DNA of 59,754 nucleotides from Octopus sinensis (GCF_006345805.1 NW_021833612.1:1-59754), one strand, 5' to 3'; shown: positions 1 through 12,720, counted from the stretch's first letter. The notes: generated by a model from the sequence alone, not told the origin. A program made the numbers and translations.

Positions 1-146
1 AATAATTCAATATCTTGTGCACACATATCTGCACAGGAGACTTAAAAATTACTGCCGATTTTAGCAGTTTTGTAACTTCTTGCGGAACCCCTGGACTGTA
101 CTGGCGGAACCCTAAGATTCCGCGGAACCCTGGTTGAAAACCACTG
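1..146 (+). mobile_element. hAT-type MITE, 3' part (truncated by window edge)
   Basis: Near-identical to 6077-6277; ends ggttgaaaaccactg followed by ttctagat. Confidence 0.75.
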
Positions 147-675
147 TTCTAGATACACAGACGCGCGCGCATAGATACATATGTACATACATATATATGT
201 CACCCCTCTTGTAAAAGTTTAATATATACGTACCCTACTAAAAGTATTGAATAATTTTTTGGTTTCATGTAAAATTGTTTTTATACATAACTTGACATAA
301 AAGTAAAATATATATGCATATAACAGAGGAAAGATGGACAAACAATTACAGATGAAAGGGATTCTTTTATATGAAATGTTACCAAGATTTTACAGGATGT
401 AAGCCGAACATTACAGTTGTTTCGAGAATTCAGTGCATGATTTACATCATAATGCATATTATGTTAACAGGTGTGCACAATGAGGTAATAAATATGCAAA
501 GCATATACGCAAAACTATTAGCAATTCACATATTCGCATGACACTAGGTACTTGTCCTCATGCGAAAACCACGAACACACACACACACACACATACATAT
601 ATATATATGGTGCTATTGAGTTAGACATGGCCTGGACCAATTTTTGGTCGAAACATATCTAAGTTTTATATATAT

Positions 676-861
676 ACCGCCATGATAGATCGCTAGCCAC
701 TACAAATTCTTTATTTTCTCTCCTTGTTTCTGTATACCTTTCTGTGGAAGAGCGTAGGCTCGAAACGTTAAAGTCTTTTTCACTTCCCGAGCGTTATACT
801 AATACATCTGTTTGTTGTCTACACCACCTGTCTTCGTCTTTTGTTTTTTTTCTTTGTGAAT

Positions 862-870
<9 letters not shown>
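676..870 (+). mobile_element. Short dispersed repeat with variant HHR-like motif (family G); other copies ~2245-2385(-), ~45640-45805(+), ~51385-51575(-), ~55405-55592(+)
   Basis: Shared cgccatgatagatcgctagccactac...ctttctgtggaagagcgtaggctcgaaacg...gaattctccc, usually next to a simple-repeat tract, mostly (TA)n. Confidence 0.75.
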
Positions 871-894
<24 letters not shown>

Positions 895-1114
895 ATGTAT
901 ATATATATATATATATATATAGTCGGTTGAGGTGTATTCCGTTAAGAACGTATTAGAGTACAAAATAGAGCTCGTTCACTCTTAAAATTACCAGATAGCC
1001 GGCAGTATTATGGTGTACTACCAATTCTAGGCCTAGGCATTCTTCGAGTGTAAAAAACAAAAAGGAAAGAATAGAGTCAAAAGGAAGAAGTACAATTTGA
1101 CAGCTGTTTAATGG

Positions 1115-1225
1115 CCACTACACACGTTTCGATACAACATAGAACCACTTATAAGCAGAATTTACATTTAAATTAAGTAAAGGTTTATTTGTTTAATAGG
1201 ACCTAGTTGTACATCCTCAGGTGGT
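1115..1225 (-). ncRNA. Hammerhead-like motif, left arm of fold-back element
   Basis: ACCAC-CUGAGGA-UGUACAAC...GUUGUAUC-GAAAC-GUGU-GUA|GUGG; core intact, first stem II pair mismatched (U.C). Confidence 0.6.
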
Positions 1226-1422
1226 ATATAATCGCTGTCTCCGTAAGAAAATGTTTCATTCCGATGCTATCACGTTGTCTGTTTACCCAATGTCGCTTAC
1301 GTCGAGCATGTAGAGGCCGTTTACAGCAAGCGGATTGAAACTGCGTATGCTAGATTCAAAGGAGCTAGGTGGATGTGACAGCACCGAAATCAAACATTTA
1401 CTTACGGAGACGGCGATTATAT

Positions 1423-1534
1423 ATCACCTGATAAGATACAACTAGGTCCTATTATACAAGTAAACCGTTATTTAATTTAAATTTAAATCATGTACATATA
1501 TGGATCTATGTTGTATCGAAACATGTGTAGTGGT
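1423..1534 (+). ncRNA. Hammerhead-like motif, right arm of fold-back element (G8A)
   Basis: AUCAC-CUGAUAA-GAUACAAC...GUUGUAUC-GAAAC-AUGU-GUA|GUGGU; perfect 8-bp stem II, but CUGAUAA instead of CUGANGA. Confidence 0.55.
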
Positions 1535-1638
1535 CATTAAACAGCTGTCGAATCGTACTCCCTCTTCTTCTTGACTCTGTTTATTCTTTCCTTTATATAT
1601 ATAGGCGTACTACGTACACTTTGTTCTCTTATTTATTT

Positions 1639-1704
<66 letters not shown>

Positions 1705-2179
1705 GTATATATAGTAGAAATATGTTACGAAAAGAAAATATAAAATACACGTGGAAATGTAAGGGTAAAATATGAAAAATCAAATTTTAAAAAAAGGCTA
1801 TTTATGACAGGTAACGACAAATATATACATTTAGATTGACTGAGGTAGTAATACGAGTCATAAAAGTCATTATTATGAGATGATTATAAGATGATAATAA
1901 AGTAAGAGAACAAAACGGACCAAGGTTTACGTGAGGGGAAAGTAAGAAGAAAAATAAATGAAAATGCACATTGGAAATCAAAAAAAGTAAAGGTTTTTTA
2001 TGCAAAGTAACGATAGATATATACAATGAGATGAACTGAGGTAGAAATAAAAGTAATAAAAGTCATTATTATGAATTGTTAAAGAGATTCAAAAACATAC
2101 CGGTTTCATACATGTCTGCTTATACGCATGTGTATATGTACATATATATATATATTTATAATTACATATACTTATGTAT

Positions 2180-2231
<52 letters not shown>

Positions 2232-2388
2232 ACACATATATTTTAAATTTACAGAAAACAAAAGATGAAGACAGGTGAGGGAATAACAAGCAGGTGTATT
2301 AGTTAAACGCGCGGGAAGAACGGAAAAGTCTTTCATGCTTCGAGCCGATGCTCATTGACAGAAAGGATTTCAGAGGAAAAGAATGGAT

Positions 2389-2769
2389 GGAAGCACTCCG
2401 TCGGTTACGACGACGAGGGTTCCGGTTGATCCGATCAACGGAACAGTCTGCTCGTGAAATTAACGTGTAAGTGGCTGAGCACTCCACAGACACGCGTACC
2501 CTTAACGTAGTTCTCGGAGATATTCAGCGTGACACAGAGAGTGACAAGGCCGGCCCCTTGAAATACAGGTACAACAGAAACAGGAAGTAAGAGTGAGAGA
2601 AAGTTGTAGTGAAAGAGTACAGCAGGGATCACCACCATCCCCTGCCGGAGCCTCGTGGAGCTTTAGGTGTTTTCGCTCAATAAACACTCACAACGCCCGG
2701 TCTGGGAATCGAAACCGCGATCCTATGACCGCGAGTCCGCTACCCTAACCACTGGGCCATTGCGCCTCC
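2389..2769 (-). mobile_element. tRNA-derived SINE family C; other copies ~16712-17035(-), ~34926-35120(+), ~35454-35770(+), ~49305-49620(+)
   Basis: Head gaggcgcaatggcccagtggttaggg...gtttcgattcccagacc (A/B boxes) plus a shared body. Confidence 0.8.
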
Positions 2770-2817
2770 AGAGGAAAAGAATGGAGAACGGAAAAGAAAA
2801 ACGGAGTGGTGGGGAAA

Positions 2818-3045
2818 TGTCTGGTAGAAACGTTAGCACGCCGGGCGAAATGCTTAGCGGTATTTCGTCTGCCGTTACGTTGTGAGTTCAAATTCCGCCG
2901 AGGTCGACTTTGCCTTTCATCCTTTCGGGGTCGATAAATTAAGTACCAGTTACGCACTAGGGTCGATGTAATCGACTTAATACCTATGTCTGTCCTTGTT
3001 TGTCCCCTCTATGTTTAACCCCTTGTGGGTAATAAAGAAATAGGT
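2818..3045 (+). mobile_element. SINE family B copy; many other copies or relics, e.g. ~4130-4300(-), ~5510-5870(-), ~23855-24085(+), ~25690-25830(-), ~30820-31270(-), ~42285-42630(-), ~46270-46495(-), ~47755-48010(+), ~49735-50110(-), ~51000-51210(-)
   Basis: Recurrent gttctgagttcaaattccgccgaggtcgactttgcctttcatcctttcggggtcgataaattaagtaccagttacgcactggggtcg. Confidence 0.8.
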
Positions 3046-3377
3046 ACATACACACACATGTGGCTTCCCAAGCGATCACAGATATTACAGGGGAGATAAT
3101 CGTTTATTCATAATATGAGGTTGGATTAGAAATTTGAGTTTGAAATTAAGGAATACAAGGAAGAAGTAAATAGAAAGCACATATTTAAATCTATTTGTTA
3201 TCACAAAGTTCTTACACTCTCTAGCCAATAATAATCTTGTATGGCACGATTTCACTCTTTTCAGCACTTTTTAGCATGACATAACTCATGGTTTATTAAC
3301 ACACACACACACACGCACATATATCTTTGAAAATAGCATAGTCAGCAGCTTTGTACTTTTGGCTAATGAATTCATCA

Positions 3378-3678
3378 AATCTTTATATATAAAAGTGAAG
3401 TTGTGTGTCTGTCTCCTACGATTTAGATTCCTAACTACTCCCACATTTTGCGGTGCAGTTTAACCAAAAGCGGGTATCTTATAGTCGTGATTCATATCGA
3501 GCCCTTCTGGGTATTAGCGCGCGTCTACGATGAGTCTACGATTTAAAAAAAATTTACCATCAATTTTTTCCCATTTTTAATGCATGTTTTTGCTATTATA
3601 TAAGGGAAGTAACTCTCTAAAAATGCTTATATAGTTATTTCCCTTACAAACCCGAGCAACGCCGGACGATACTGCTAG
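3378..3678 (+). mobile_element. Non-autonomous Helitron-like element (short copy)
   Basis: 5' TC-tttatatataaaa; 3' short GC hairpin (cccgagcaacgccgg) then CTAG followed by T; homologous to 21347-21854. Confidence 0.65.
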
Positions 3679-4305
3679 TGAAGAATAAATCAAATATGTA
3701 AACCACCTAGTACAGCTGTGCAGCGGTTGCTTTGTGCTGATCTATTCGAAACACATGTAAGCTAAATAAATTATTGATAATGCATCTTCATTCTTTTCGT
3801 ATTTTTTTCTAATATAGCTTGTGATTAATACATTGAAAATAATTGTCGATCTACTTCGGATTTAGAAATTGTACCAATCGCAAGAAAACAATGAGATGTA
3901 CAGATTGCCTTAGTACTAACTGGACAATACAGTTAGCCGGTTTCTATTTCCACAGAGTGCTTGAAGAGGTGGACACCTGAAATCTTTATCGAGGACTAGA
4001 TCCAAAGAGTAAAGAGAGTCTATAAGAGAAATCCCTGGGTATCAGGAAGACACTCAGCAAGAAAAGGGAAAAAAATTGAAATAATAATATTAATAATAAT
4101 AATAAAAGTTTCAAATTTTGGTATAAGGCCAACGACTTCAGGGAAGGGTCTAAGTCCATTACATCGACCCCAGTACTCCACTGGTATTTATTTTATTGAC
4201 TCTGAAAGGATGACAAACAAAGACGACCTTGGCAGAATTTCAACTCAGAATGCAAAGATCGATGAAATGCCATTAAGCATTTTGCCCGGCGTGCTATCGC
4301 CACCT

Positions 4306-4348
<43 letters not shown>

Positions 4349-4501
4349 TGTAGTAGTAGTAGTATAGTAGTAGTAGTTGTAGTAGTTGTAATAGTAGTAG
4401 TTGTAGTAGTAGTTGTAATAGTAGTAGTAGTAGTAGTTGTAGTAGTAGTAGTTGTAGTAGTAGTAGTAGTAGTAGTAGTGGCGGTAGTAGTTGTTGTTGT
4501 T

Positions 4502-4549
<48 letters not shown>

Positions 4550-4590
4550 CTTGTAGTAGTAGTAGTGGTAGCCGCAGCAGCGACAGTAGT
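4306..4590. repeat. (TAG/TTG)n triplet microsatellite
   Basis: Direct reading. Confidence 0.95.
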
Positions 4591-4698
4591 TGTAATTTCT
4601 TTTATTTGCCACTAGGGCAAACGACGGAGGCAGTACACAGACAGACATAAAGTAAAAAATAAAAAGAATGCCAAAGAAGAGTGAATAGGGAGACTTAC

Positions 4699-4795
4699 CC
4701 ATTAGATATGCCGACAAAAGCGTAATTGGCGTCAACTTGGTCATAGTGTTTTTGTTGGTCTGTGGCTTGTCCTGGCTTCTCTTCAGATACAGTGG
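4699..4795 (-). CDS. PTPRN2: IA-2/phogrin gene exon (97 nt, phase 1-2), start of the mature SEA-like ectodomain
   Basis: tttcttctgcag|CC acceptor and AATGG|gtaagt donor. Encodes ATVSEEKPGQATDQQKHYDQVDANYAFVGISNG; NYAFV resembles the IA-2 EYGYI motif that opens the ectodomain. Confidence 0.85.
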
Positions 4796-5009
4796 CTGCA
4801 GAAGAAAAAGAAATTCTAAGTATATATATACGACTATATATTGTACAGCATGAGTCAAAAGTCATACGCAAATTAAGTTAAGTTCAATACACTCCCGAAT
4901 TGTCAGACATGTTTCGATTTTTCTAAAAATAGAAAAAAATAAATGAAATTACGATAAATGGACAAGAACTTTAACATGATGAACAAAATTAACAATAATA
5001 ATAATGATT

Positions 5010-5511
5010 TGTCTTGGTATAAAAGATGGGCTACAGCAAATATTCTGCTCAATACCACAGATTTGCTTGTCAGTTGTTTGACCTTAACCAGTTGAGCATG
5101 TCCCTTAGGGGCTGACGATATGTGCGTCTCTGATCATGAGCAGAAGTAGTGGGGGAACATCATAGTCATGTGTTGAGAGGGATTCTTTGGGATTTGAATA
5201 ATTCATCTTAGGATACATGGATGTTTCGTCCAACATCCTTAAACAATCCTTATTCAGGGAACCTTTGAGCGGGATGGGCTACTCGACCTGAAGAAAATTC
5301 TAACTGGGCCCCCATCTGCAAGGTCATGTGCTGTTTATCTTGATATGAGATCACCATGTCGCTCACATATGGTTGTGATGCATATGCCTGGTGTACCCTT
5401 ATCAGACGGGTAGTCATGATGGGTATACTGGGCTTCGTATATTTTACCCCAGTGTCACTTTGATGGCATGCACTGCTCTCTCACTCAATAATAATAATAA
5501 TAATAATAATA
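5010..5511 (+). mobile_element. Retroelement 3'-end-like repeat with (AAT)n tail; second copy ~43627-44095
   Basis: The two copies are highly similar and both end ctctctcactc(aat)n; LINE 3' UTR origin is inferred. Confidence 0.65.
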
Positions 5512-6076
5512 TATTTCTTTACTACTCACAAGGGGCTAAACATAGAGGGGACAAACAAGGACAAAGGGATTAAGTCGATTACATCGACCCCAGTGCGAGA
5601 CTGATACTTAATTTATCGACCCCGAAAAGATGAAAGGCAAAGTCGACCGCGGCGGAATTTGAACTCAGAACGTATTTCGTCAAGTTTAATATTTTGGGAG
5701 ATTACATCAACCCCAGTATTCAACTGGTACTTATTTTAGAGACACTGAAAGGACAAGAAGCAAACTCGACCTCGGTGGATGGGAACTCAGAATGTGGAAG
5801 ACGGATGAAATGCCACAAGGCATTTTACCCAGCACGGTAACGCTTCTGCCAACTCGCCAGCTAATAACATAATACAAATTTTTCAAAATGTCTAATGTTT
5901 TGATGTATGAGTTTTGGTCTTCTCTGTATAAATACAGGTGCATCAAATATTTCCACCTGTTGGGAATGTATCACGATTGCCAAATGACAATTAAGACCCA
6001 ACTCCATATGAAAAGGGGAGATAACAGCAAGACTTAAGTACTCGACTCTCCAAGTTTGACATGCTATTGTCTAGAG

Positions 6077-6277
6077 CAGTGCTTTTCAAACTTTTTGCTG
6101 GAGCGGAACCCCAAGGAAACATTCCATTGGCTCGAGGAACCCCTGTGCAATAATTTAATCGTCTTATGCACACATATCTGCACAGGAGAATTAAAAATTA
6201 CTGTAGATTTTAGAAGTTTTGTAACTTCTTGCGAAACCCCTGGACTGTACTGGCGGAACCCTGGTTGAAAACCACTG
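6077..6277 (+). mobile_element. hAT-type MITE (201 bp)
   Basis: TIRs cagtgcttttcaaac / ggttgaaaaccactg; 8-bp TSD gtctagag/atctagag. Confidence 0.85.
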
Positions 6278-6404
6278 ATCTAGAGATAAGACGACAGTCA
6301 AGGACACATGTTTCTGTCTCAAAAGCCGTCATTGGCACAAAGTCTGTATGACCTTGTCTCCAGTAGCCAAGGCTTAAAAAAAGGATAAAGACCCCTTTGG
6401 TTAT

Positions 6405-6708
6405 AAATGACAATGGGATTGCACCTAGAAAGTTCCCCTCCGGGCAAAGTTGTTTTTTATAGAAGACCAGCAGTTACCCATGCATACCATCTTCGCATCT
6501 CCACTCTACCGATATTGTTCAAGGGAAAGGCAAAGGGGCCGATACAGTTTGGCACCAGTGACGTTGCAACTCATTTCTACAGATGAGTGAACTGGAGCAA
6601 CGTGAAATAAAGTGTCTTGCTCAAGAACACAACACAGCCTGATCCAGGAATCGAGTTCACTACCTCATGATCGTGAGCTCGGCGCTCCAACCATTGAGCC
6701 ATGCGCCA
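6405..6708 (-). mobile_element. tRNA-derived SINE family D; other copies ~22428-22725(+), ~42648-42986(-); related heads at ~27851, ~29420-29690(-), ~33147, ~33604
   Basis: Head ggcgcatggctcagtggttagag...gttcgattcctgga plus gtgttcttgagcaagacacttta core. Confidence 0.75.
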
Positions 6709-6855
6709 AGGCTTAGACTTATATGGAAAACGCTAATAAACACTTGTGGCTAGGATAGTTTGCATATTTTAAACAAAAACGAGCTAAAAAGAACTCAGAG
6801 GGCTCAGTGACGTGTATTTGATCAGCATAGATTAACTCAGGTATACCAAATGCGT

Positions 6856-7273
6856 GAAGGCGGCGAGCTGGCAGAAACGTTAGCACGCCGGGCGAAATGC
6901 GTAGCCGTATTTCGTCTGCCGTTACGTTCTGAGTTCAAATTCCGCCGAGGTCGACTTTGCTTTTCATTCTTTCGGGGTCGATAAAATTAAGTACCAGTTA
7001 CGCACTAGGGTCGATGTAATCGACTTAATCCGTTTGTCTGTTCTTATTTGTCTCCTCTGTGTTTAGCTCCTTGTGGGTAGTAAAGAAATAGGTATTTCGT
7101 CTGCTGTTATGTTCTGAGTTCAAATTCCGCCGAGGTCGACTTTGCCTTTCATCCTTTCGGAGTCGATAAATTAAGTACCAGTTACGCACTGGGGTCGATG
7201 TAACCGACTTAAACCGTTTGTCTGTTCTTGTTTGTCTCCTCTGTGTTTAGCCCATTGTGGGTAGTAAAGAAAT
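6856..7273 (+). mobile_element. SINE family B with two internal ~183-bp tandem units and a 17-bp TSD
   Basis: TSD aggtataccaaatgcgt at 6839-6855 and 7274-7290. Confidence 0.85.
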
Positions 7274-7325
7274 AGGTATACCAAATGCGTTACAATAGAA
7301 ATTCGTTATTGATTTAAATTATCTT

Positions 7326-9096
7326 CACCTCATGTGCATTAGTAAAACTGTATAACAATGAGAGAGAAAAAAAAAACGGAAAGGCGAATGATTTTTTCTA
7401 GGGGTATTTTGTCTGTAGATCACGAATATAACATCCGTTTCTTTCTGTGACTTTCCAGTTTCTTGTAAATTACCATCTTACACTGAATACTCTGATGGTA
7501 CCGTAGGAATTGAGTGCAAATAGGATTGGGCTGAAACTGACAACTCTAAAAGTTATGAACGGATTTTGATATAATTTTAATGAGGTGTTTCTCAGGTATT
7601 TGTCAACCTAACCTATGAAAAATATAAAAGTACACTCAATAATTTTATAGTTATATGGGTCCAAATCCGTGGTAAATTTGACAAGAAACCACACCTCATT
7701 ACACACCTGATCTGGTTCGTGATCTAATACTAAGCAACAAAGTGAAGTCCTGGCCTCACGTCTGCAACAAAGGAACCTGTTGGATAAAGATGCTCGAATT
7801 ACAGTATTTAGGAAGTGTTCTGCAGATCTACAGCAATTCTTTACTTTGGAAAACAACGTGACTAATTCTAATGATATCAGAGACTTATTCAATGCCCTTC
7901 AGCTGACCTATGAACCAAATGAGTGGAGGTTGTTCATAGATGCATCCCTTTACAGCATAAAAGGGGTTCTGTTGAACATTGGGAACACCAGGCTTTCAGT
8001 TCCAGTTGCTCACTCAGTCATTTTAAGAGAGACATATGAGAACCTCGTTTTTATTCTACACCGCATAAGTTACAAGGAACAGGATTGGCTAATTTGTTCG
8101 GACATGAAAGTAGTAGTTTTACTTAATGGGCTACAATCTGGATACACCAAGTTTATGTGCTTCCTTTGCAAGTAGGATAGTAGCGCCAGATCAGAACATT
8201 ATGTACGCTCAGAATGGTCACCTCGGGAAACAATGATACTTGGACGCCATGATGTAAACCATGAGCCACTAGTTAAGAAGGAGTAAATTATTTTGCCACC
8301 ACAACATAAAACTAGACCTAATGAAGCAATTTACCAAAGCGCCGCAACATAATAAGCCATGTTTCCAGTACTTCAAGGCGATCTTCTCTAAAATAAGTGA
8401 TGCCAAGATTAAAGAGAGCATATTCATAGGCCCGCAGATTCGTCAACTTATGGCTGATGAAGATTTGAGGCAACAATGCATGAAACTGGGCAAGCGGCCT
8501 TGCATGCATTCAAAGATGCATGCAAAGATCTTCTGGGAAAGTACCAAGTGACCCAGCGAGGAAGTATAGTGGAGAGCCAAATAAAGTGCTACCAAGATCT
8601 CGGATGCAATATGTCGCTGAAGATACACTTTCTTCATTCTCATTTGTCCTTCTTCCCAGAGAATGCAAGAGATGTGAGTGATGAACAGGGAGAGAGGTTC
8701 CATCAAGATATAGCGTCAATGGAAAACAGGTACAATGGAAAATGGAGCCCAGACATGCTGGCTGACTTCTGCTGGAACTTGAAGCGTGAAACCCCTGAGA
8801 CGTCTTATAAGCGAAGAAGTAAATACTAAAATGTAGGTTAATACATTATATAATGCTCAGAAAACTGTCGATTCATTATATATTTATGAATTAATTACTA
8901 TGGACATATTTAATTTGATTTGGGGAGGAAAATAAATTTATGATATCATGGAAATTGGTATAAATTGCAGTCAAACTAAATAGCATAGTCCTTAAGTCGG
9001 TAATTTACAAGGAAATGTGATGTGATGGGAAATTTTTGTTATAAAATTCGAATTTAGCACAATCGACTTCATAATAAAATGTACATGAGACCTGTG
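7326..9096 (+). mobile_element. Decayed DNA transposon, probably Chapaev3-like (CMC/Transib-related); transposase broken by stops and frameshifts
   Basis: Fragments EWRLFID, GYTKFMCFLCK*DS, GPQIR, KIHFLHSH, SDEQGERFHQDI, ADFCW; CAC..ctcatgtgcatt / aatgtacatgag..GTG imperfect termini. The superfamily is assigned from remembered motifs. Confidence 0.7.
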
Positions 9097-9136
9097 GTTT
9101 TCTTTTGACCCTGAATTTATTGTACAGCCTGTCATA

Positions 9137-9190
<54 letters not shown>

Positions 9191-9199
9191 ATGTATGTT

Positions 9200-9438
9200 T
9201 GTGTGTATATGTTTGTGTGTGTCTGTTTGTTTGTCCCCCTAGCATTGCTTGACAACTGATGCTGGTGTGTTTACGTCCCCGTCACTTAGCGGTTCGGCAA
9301 AAGAGACCGATAGAATAAGTACTGGGCTTACAAAGAATAAGTTCCAGGGTCGATTTGCTCGACTAAAGGCGGTGCTCCAGCATGGCCGCAGTCAAATGAC
9401 TGAAACAAGTAAAAGAAAAAGAAAAAGAAAAGAAAAGA
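9200..9438 (+). mobile_element. SINE family A, 3' half
   Basis: Matches the 3' body of 12922-13347. Confidence 0.8.
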
Positions 9439-9519
9439 AAGCAGGAGTTATTATCTATTAGATAAGATATGAAAGGTTTAGTCCACTTTGAGCTTTTAAA
9501 CCCAAACCAAAAGATAACA

Positions 9520-9985
9520 AAGGTGATCTACTGTGAGTAGCTTGAGAGACTTAACTCAGCACTAGAGGAAAAACAACCATCTTTGGTTTCAAGGTAAAAG
9601 GTGTTCTGCCATCAGAATAATGCTCGGCCACAGCGAGAATGACTTTCCAAAAGCTGGAGCTGTTCGAATGTGAAACAATGTCCCAACTAACATATTCGTC
9701 TGACATGGCCACATCTGATTATCATTTATTCCAATGTCTTCAAAATCATTTGGACAGGAAAAATATGAACTCTGTAGAGGAGGTCAGGACAGTAGGGAAG
9801 GAGTATTTTTTGTCACGGATAAGTGAATTTTGGAAGGGGGGGCCTTGGAAGTCCACCAGATAGATGGAAGAGCATTGTAGAAAATGAAGGAGAGTATATT
9901 TTAGATTAAAAAAAGAACTTTATCTGAATTTTGAAAAATAAAAGAAGTATAAAAAAAACCTGCATTATTTATGGGATGACCCAAT
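9520..9985 (+). mobile_element. Mariner relic, 3' end
   Basis: YSSDMATSDYHLF (YSPDLAPSDY-like) and terminal ttatttatgggatgacccaa followed by TA. Confidence 0.8.
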
Positions 9986-10045
9986 ATATATATATATATA
10001 TGTGTATGTATGTATATATATATATATAATTCATGTATGTATGTA

Positions 10046-10096
<51 letters not shown>

Positions 10097-10102
10097 ATAT
10101 AT

Positions 10103-10137
<35 letters not shown>

Positions 10138-10344
10138 TATACTATGAAATCGGATTTAATCTTAAATCTAATTTTTCCCTGTAAGTTTGGATTTACACCC
10201 TAATATTATTATTATTAATATAGATATATATATATATATATAGATAGAGAGAGAGAGAGAGAGTGAAAGAGATACATACACATATTAGTACATGCATACA
10301 TACATACATTACATACACACAAACATGCATACATATACACACAT

Positions 10345-10687
10345 ATATACCTACATACATGTATGTATCTATGTATGTATGTATGTATATATGTATGTAT
10401 GTATATATATATGTATGTATCTATGTATGTATGCATGCATGATTGTATATATATATGCATGCATACATGTATGTATGTATGCATGTATATATATGTATGT
10501 ATTATGTATGTATGTATGTATGTATGTATGCATGCATGTATGTATGTATGTATGTATGCATGCATGCATGCATGCATGTATGTATGTATTTATGTATATA
10601 TATATATGTATGTATACATGCCACATGTATGTATGTATGTATGTATGTATGTATGTATGTATGTATATATGTATGTATGCATGTATG

Positions 10688-10721
<34 letters not shown>

Positions 10722-10948
10722 TGTGTGTGTGTATGTATATATGTATGTATGCATGCATGTATGTATATATGTATGTATTTATGTATATATATATATGTAT
10801 GTATGCATGCCGCATGTATGTATGTATGTATGTATTTATGCATGCATGTATGTATGTATGTATGTATGTATGTATGTATATATGTATATATGTATGTATG
10901 TATGTATGTATGCATGTATGTATATATGTATGTATGTATGCATGTATG

Positions 10949-10979
<31 letters not shown>

Positions 10980-11006
10980 ATATGTATATATATATGTATG
11001 TATATA

Positions 11007-11039
<33 letters not shown>

Positions 11040-11325
11040 TTATATATATGTATGTATGTATGCATGTAGTATAATATGTATGTATTTATGTATATATATG
11101 TATGTATGCATGCCGCATGTATGTATGTATGTATGTATGTATGTATATATATATATATATGTATGTATGTATATATGTATGCATGCATGTATATATATAT
11201 ACATATATATATATATATGTATGTATGCATGTATGTATATACGTATGTATGTATGTATGTATATATATATGTATGCATGCATGTATGTATATATACATAT
11301 ATATATATATATGTATGTATGTATG
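10345..11325. repeat. (TATG)n/(TA)n compound microsatellite, ~1 kb
   Basis: Direct reading; source of the MYVC/HTYI pseudo-ORFs. Confidence 0.95.
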
Positions 11326-11429
11326 CTCTTCCTCCTCCTTTCCCTTCATATTTAGTTATTCTCTTCCAATCATACTGATGCTCCTAATCCCTCTCCCTCT
11401 CTCGTCTTTCTTCATCTCTCCTTCCTCTT

Positions 11430-11901
11430 CACACAAAAACAAACACAAAACACCTCCATACACACACAAAAAGCACATACATATACTACACAAAAAGCAC
11501 AAATACACATGTACAAACACTCACAGACACACACACAAAACACACACAAAACACACACACAGATATATAAACACACACATGCGTGCACACACAAACACAG
11601 ACTTACACAAAAACACACACAAGCACACACAAACAAACAAATACACATACATATGCGTGCACACACAAACAAACAAACCTACATAAACACACAAACACAC
11701 ACACACAAGCACACACAAACAAACAAACCTACATGAACACACAAACACACACACACACACAGACTTACACAAACACACACACACACACACGCACACACAA
11801 AACACAGACATACACAAAAACACACAGACAAACAAACACACACAAACAATATCACCATATGCATGCGAGCACACACAAACAAACAAACCTACATGAACAC
11901 A

Positions 11902-11940
<39 letters not shown>

Positions 11941-11988
11941 CACACACACATACACACACAAGCACACACAAACAAACAAACCTACATG

Positions 11989-12035
<47 letters not shown>

Positions 12036-12136
12036 ACAACACACACACACAAGCACACACAAACAACAAACCTACAAAACACACACACACACCACAACAC
12101 AAACACCACACACCACACACACACACAAGCACACAC

Positions 12137-12170
<34 letters not shown>

Positions 12171-12276
12171 GAACACACAAACACACACCACACACACACA
12201 CACCACACAAGCACACACAAACAAACAAACCTACATGAACACACACACACACACACACACATACAAACACACACAA
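11430..12276. repeat. CA-rich compound repeat with recurring gcacacacaaacaaacaaacctacatgaac motif
   Basis: The motif recurs about six times among (CA)n runs. Confidence 0.9.
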
Positions 12277-12284
12277 CTTTCTGC

Positions 12285-12720
12285 ATTGTTGCTAACGCAT
12301 CCCCCTTTTGCATCGTCACATTCATAAGCAGCTGTTCGCAACAGTCGCTTCTCCCAAGCCACTTCTTTCGCCAAAACACCCTCAAGCACTCCGAACACTG
12401 CCTATATTTGGCCGACAGCCACACCACCGCCACATGACAAAGACAAACACCCCTTCTCCCTTCACTCCACTACTCCACCGCCCAGACACTCCACAGTGCC
12501 AACCACTCCCTTCTACCCACATAGCACCACTAACTATACTATCCTAAAAAGGAGAGCCGCATGTCCCCAACATGCCCACCACACCCTAATTCCAGTCAAG
12601 CCAAGCCAGTCGCATAGCTACATACCATCTCCTCCTCCATGCACACACCGACGTACAAAGCGCCTCGTCCTTCACATCGCAGATAAAATTCTTTGGTTAA
12701 CCGTTTCAAAAACCACAAGA
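12285..12720 (-). mobile_element. Possible decayed L1/Tx1-like LINE 3' fragment
   Basis: GC-richer unique-looking segment; broken frame GRRGVCLCHVAVVWLSAKYRQCSECLRVFWRKKW weakly recalls Tx1-like C-termini. Confidence 0.3.

Larger units (their letters stand above)
1061..1594. mobile_element. Fold-back element with ~200-bp imperfect inverted arms (Penelope-like terminal repeat pair)
   Basis: Arms 1061-1263 and ~1384-1594 are reverse complements; each carries an HHR-like motif. Confidence 0.75.

Noticed and set aside
2690-2769. tRNA-like sequences at SINE heads (also 18313, 22428, 35454, 49305)
   Set aside because: A/B boxes only, no complete cloverleaf, and they continue into SINE bodies; not called tRNA genes.
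4193-4858. 221-aa ORF
   Set aside because: It overlaps the true 97-nt exon in a different frame and runs into a triplet repeat and a SINE.
10215-12437. Long ORFs of MYVC/HTYI/VC/HT repeats (up to 330 aa)
   Set aside because: Translations of (TATG)n and (CA)n microsatellites; open in several frames on both strands.
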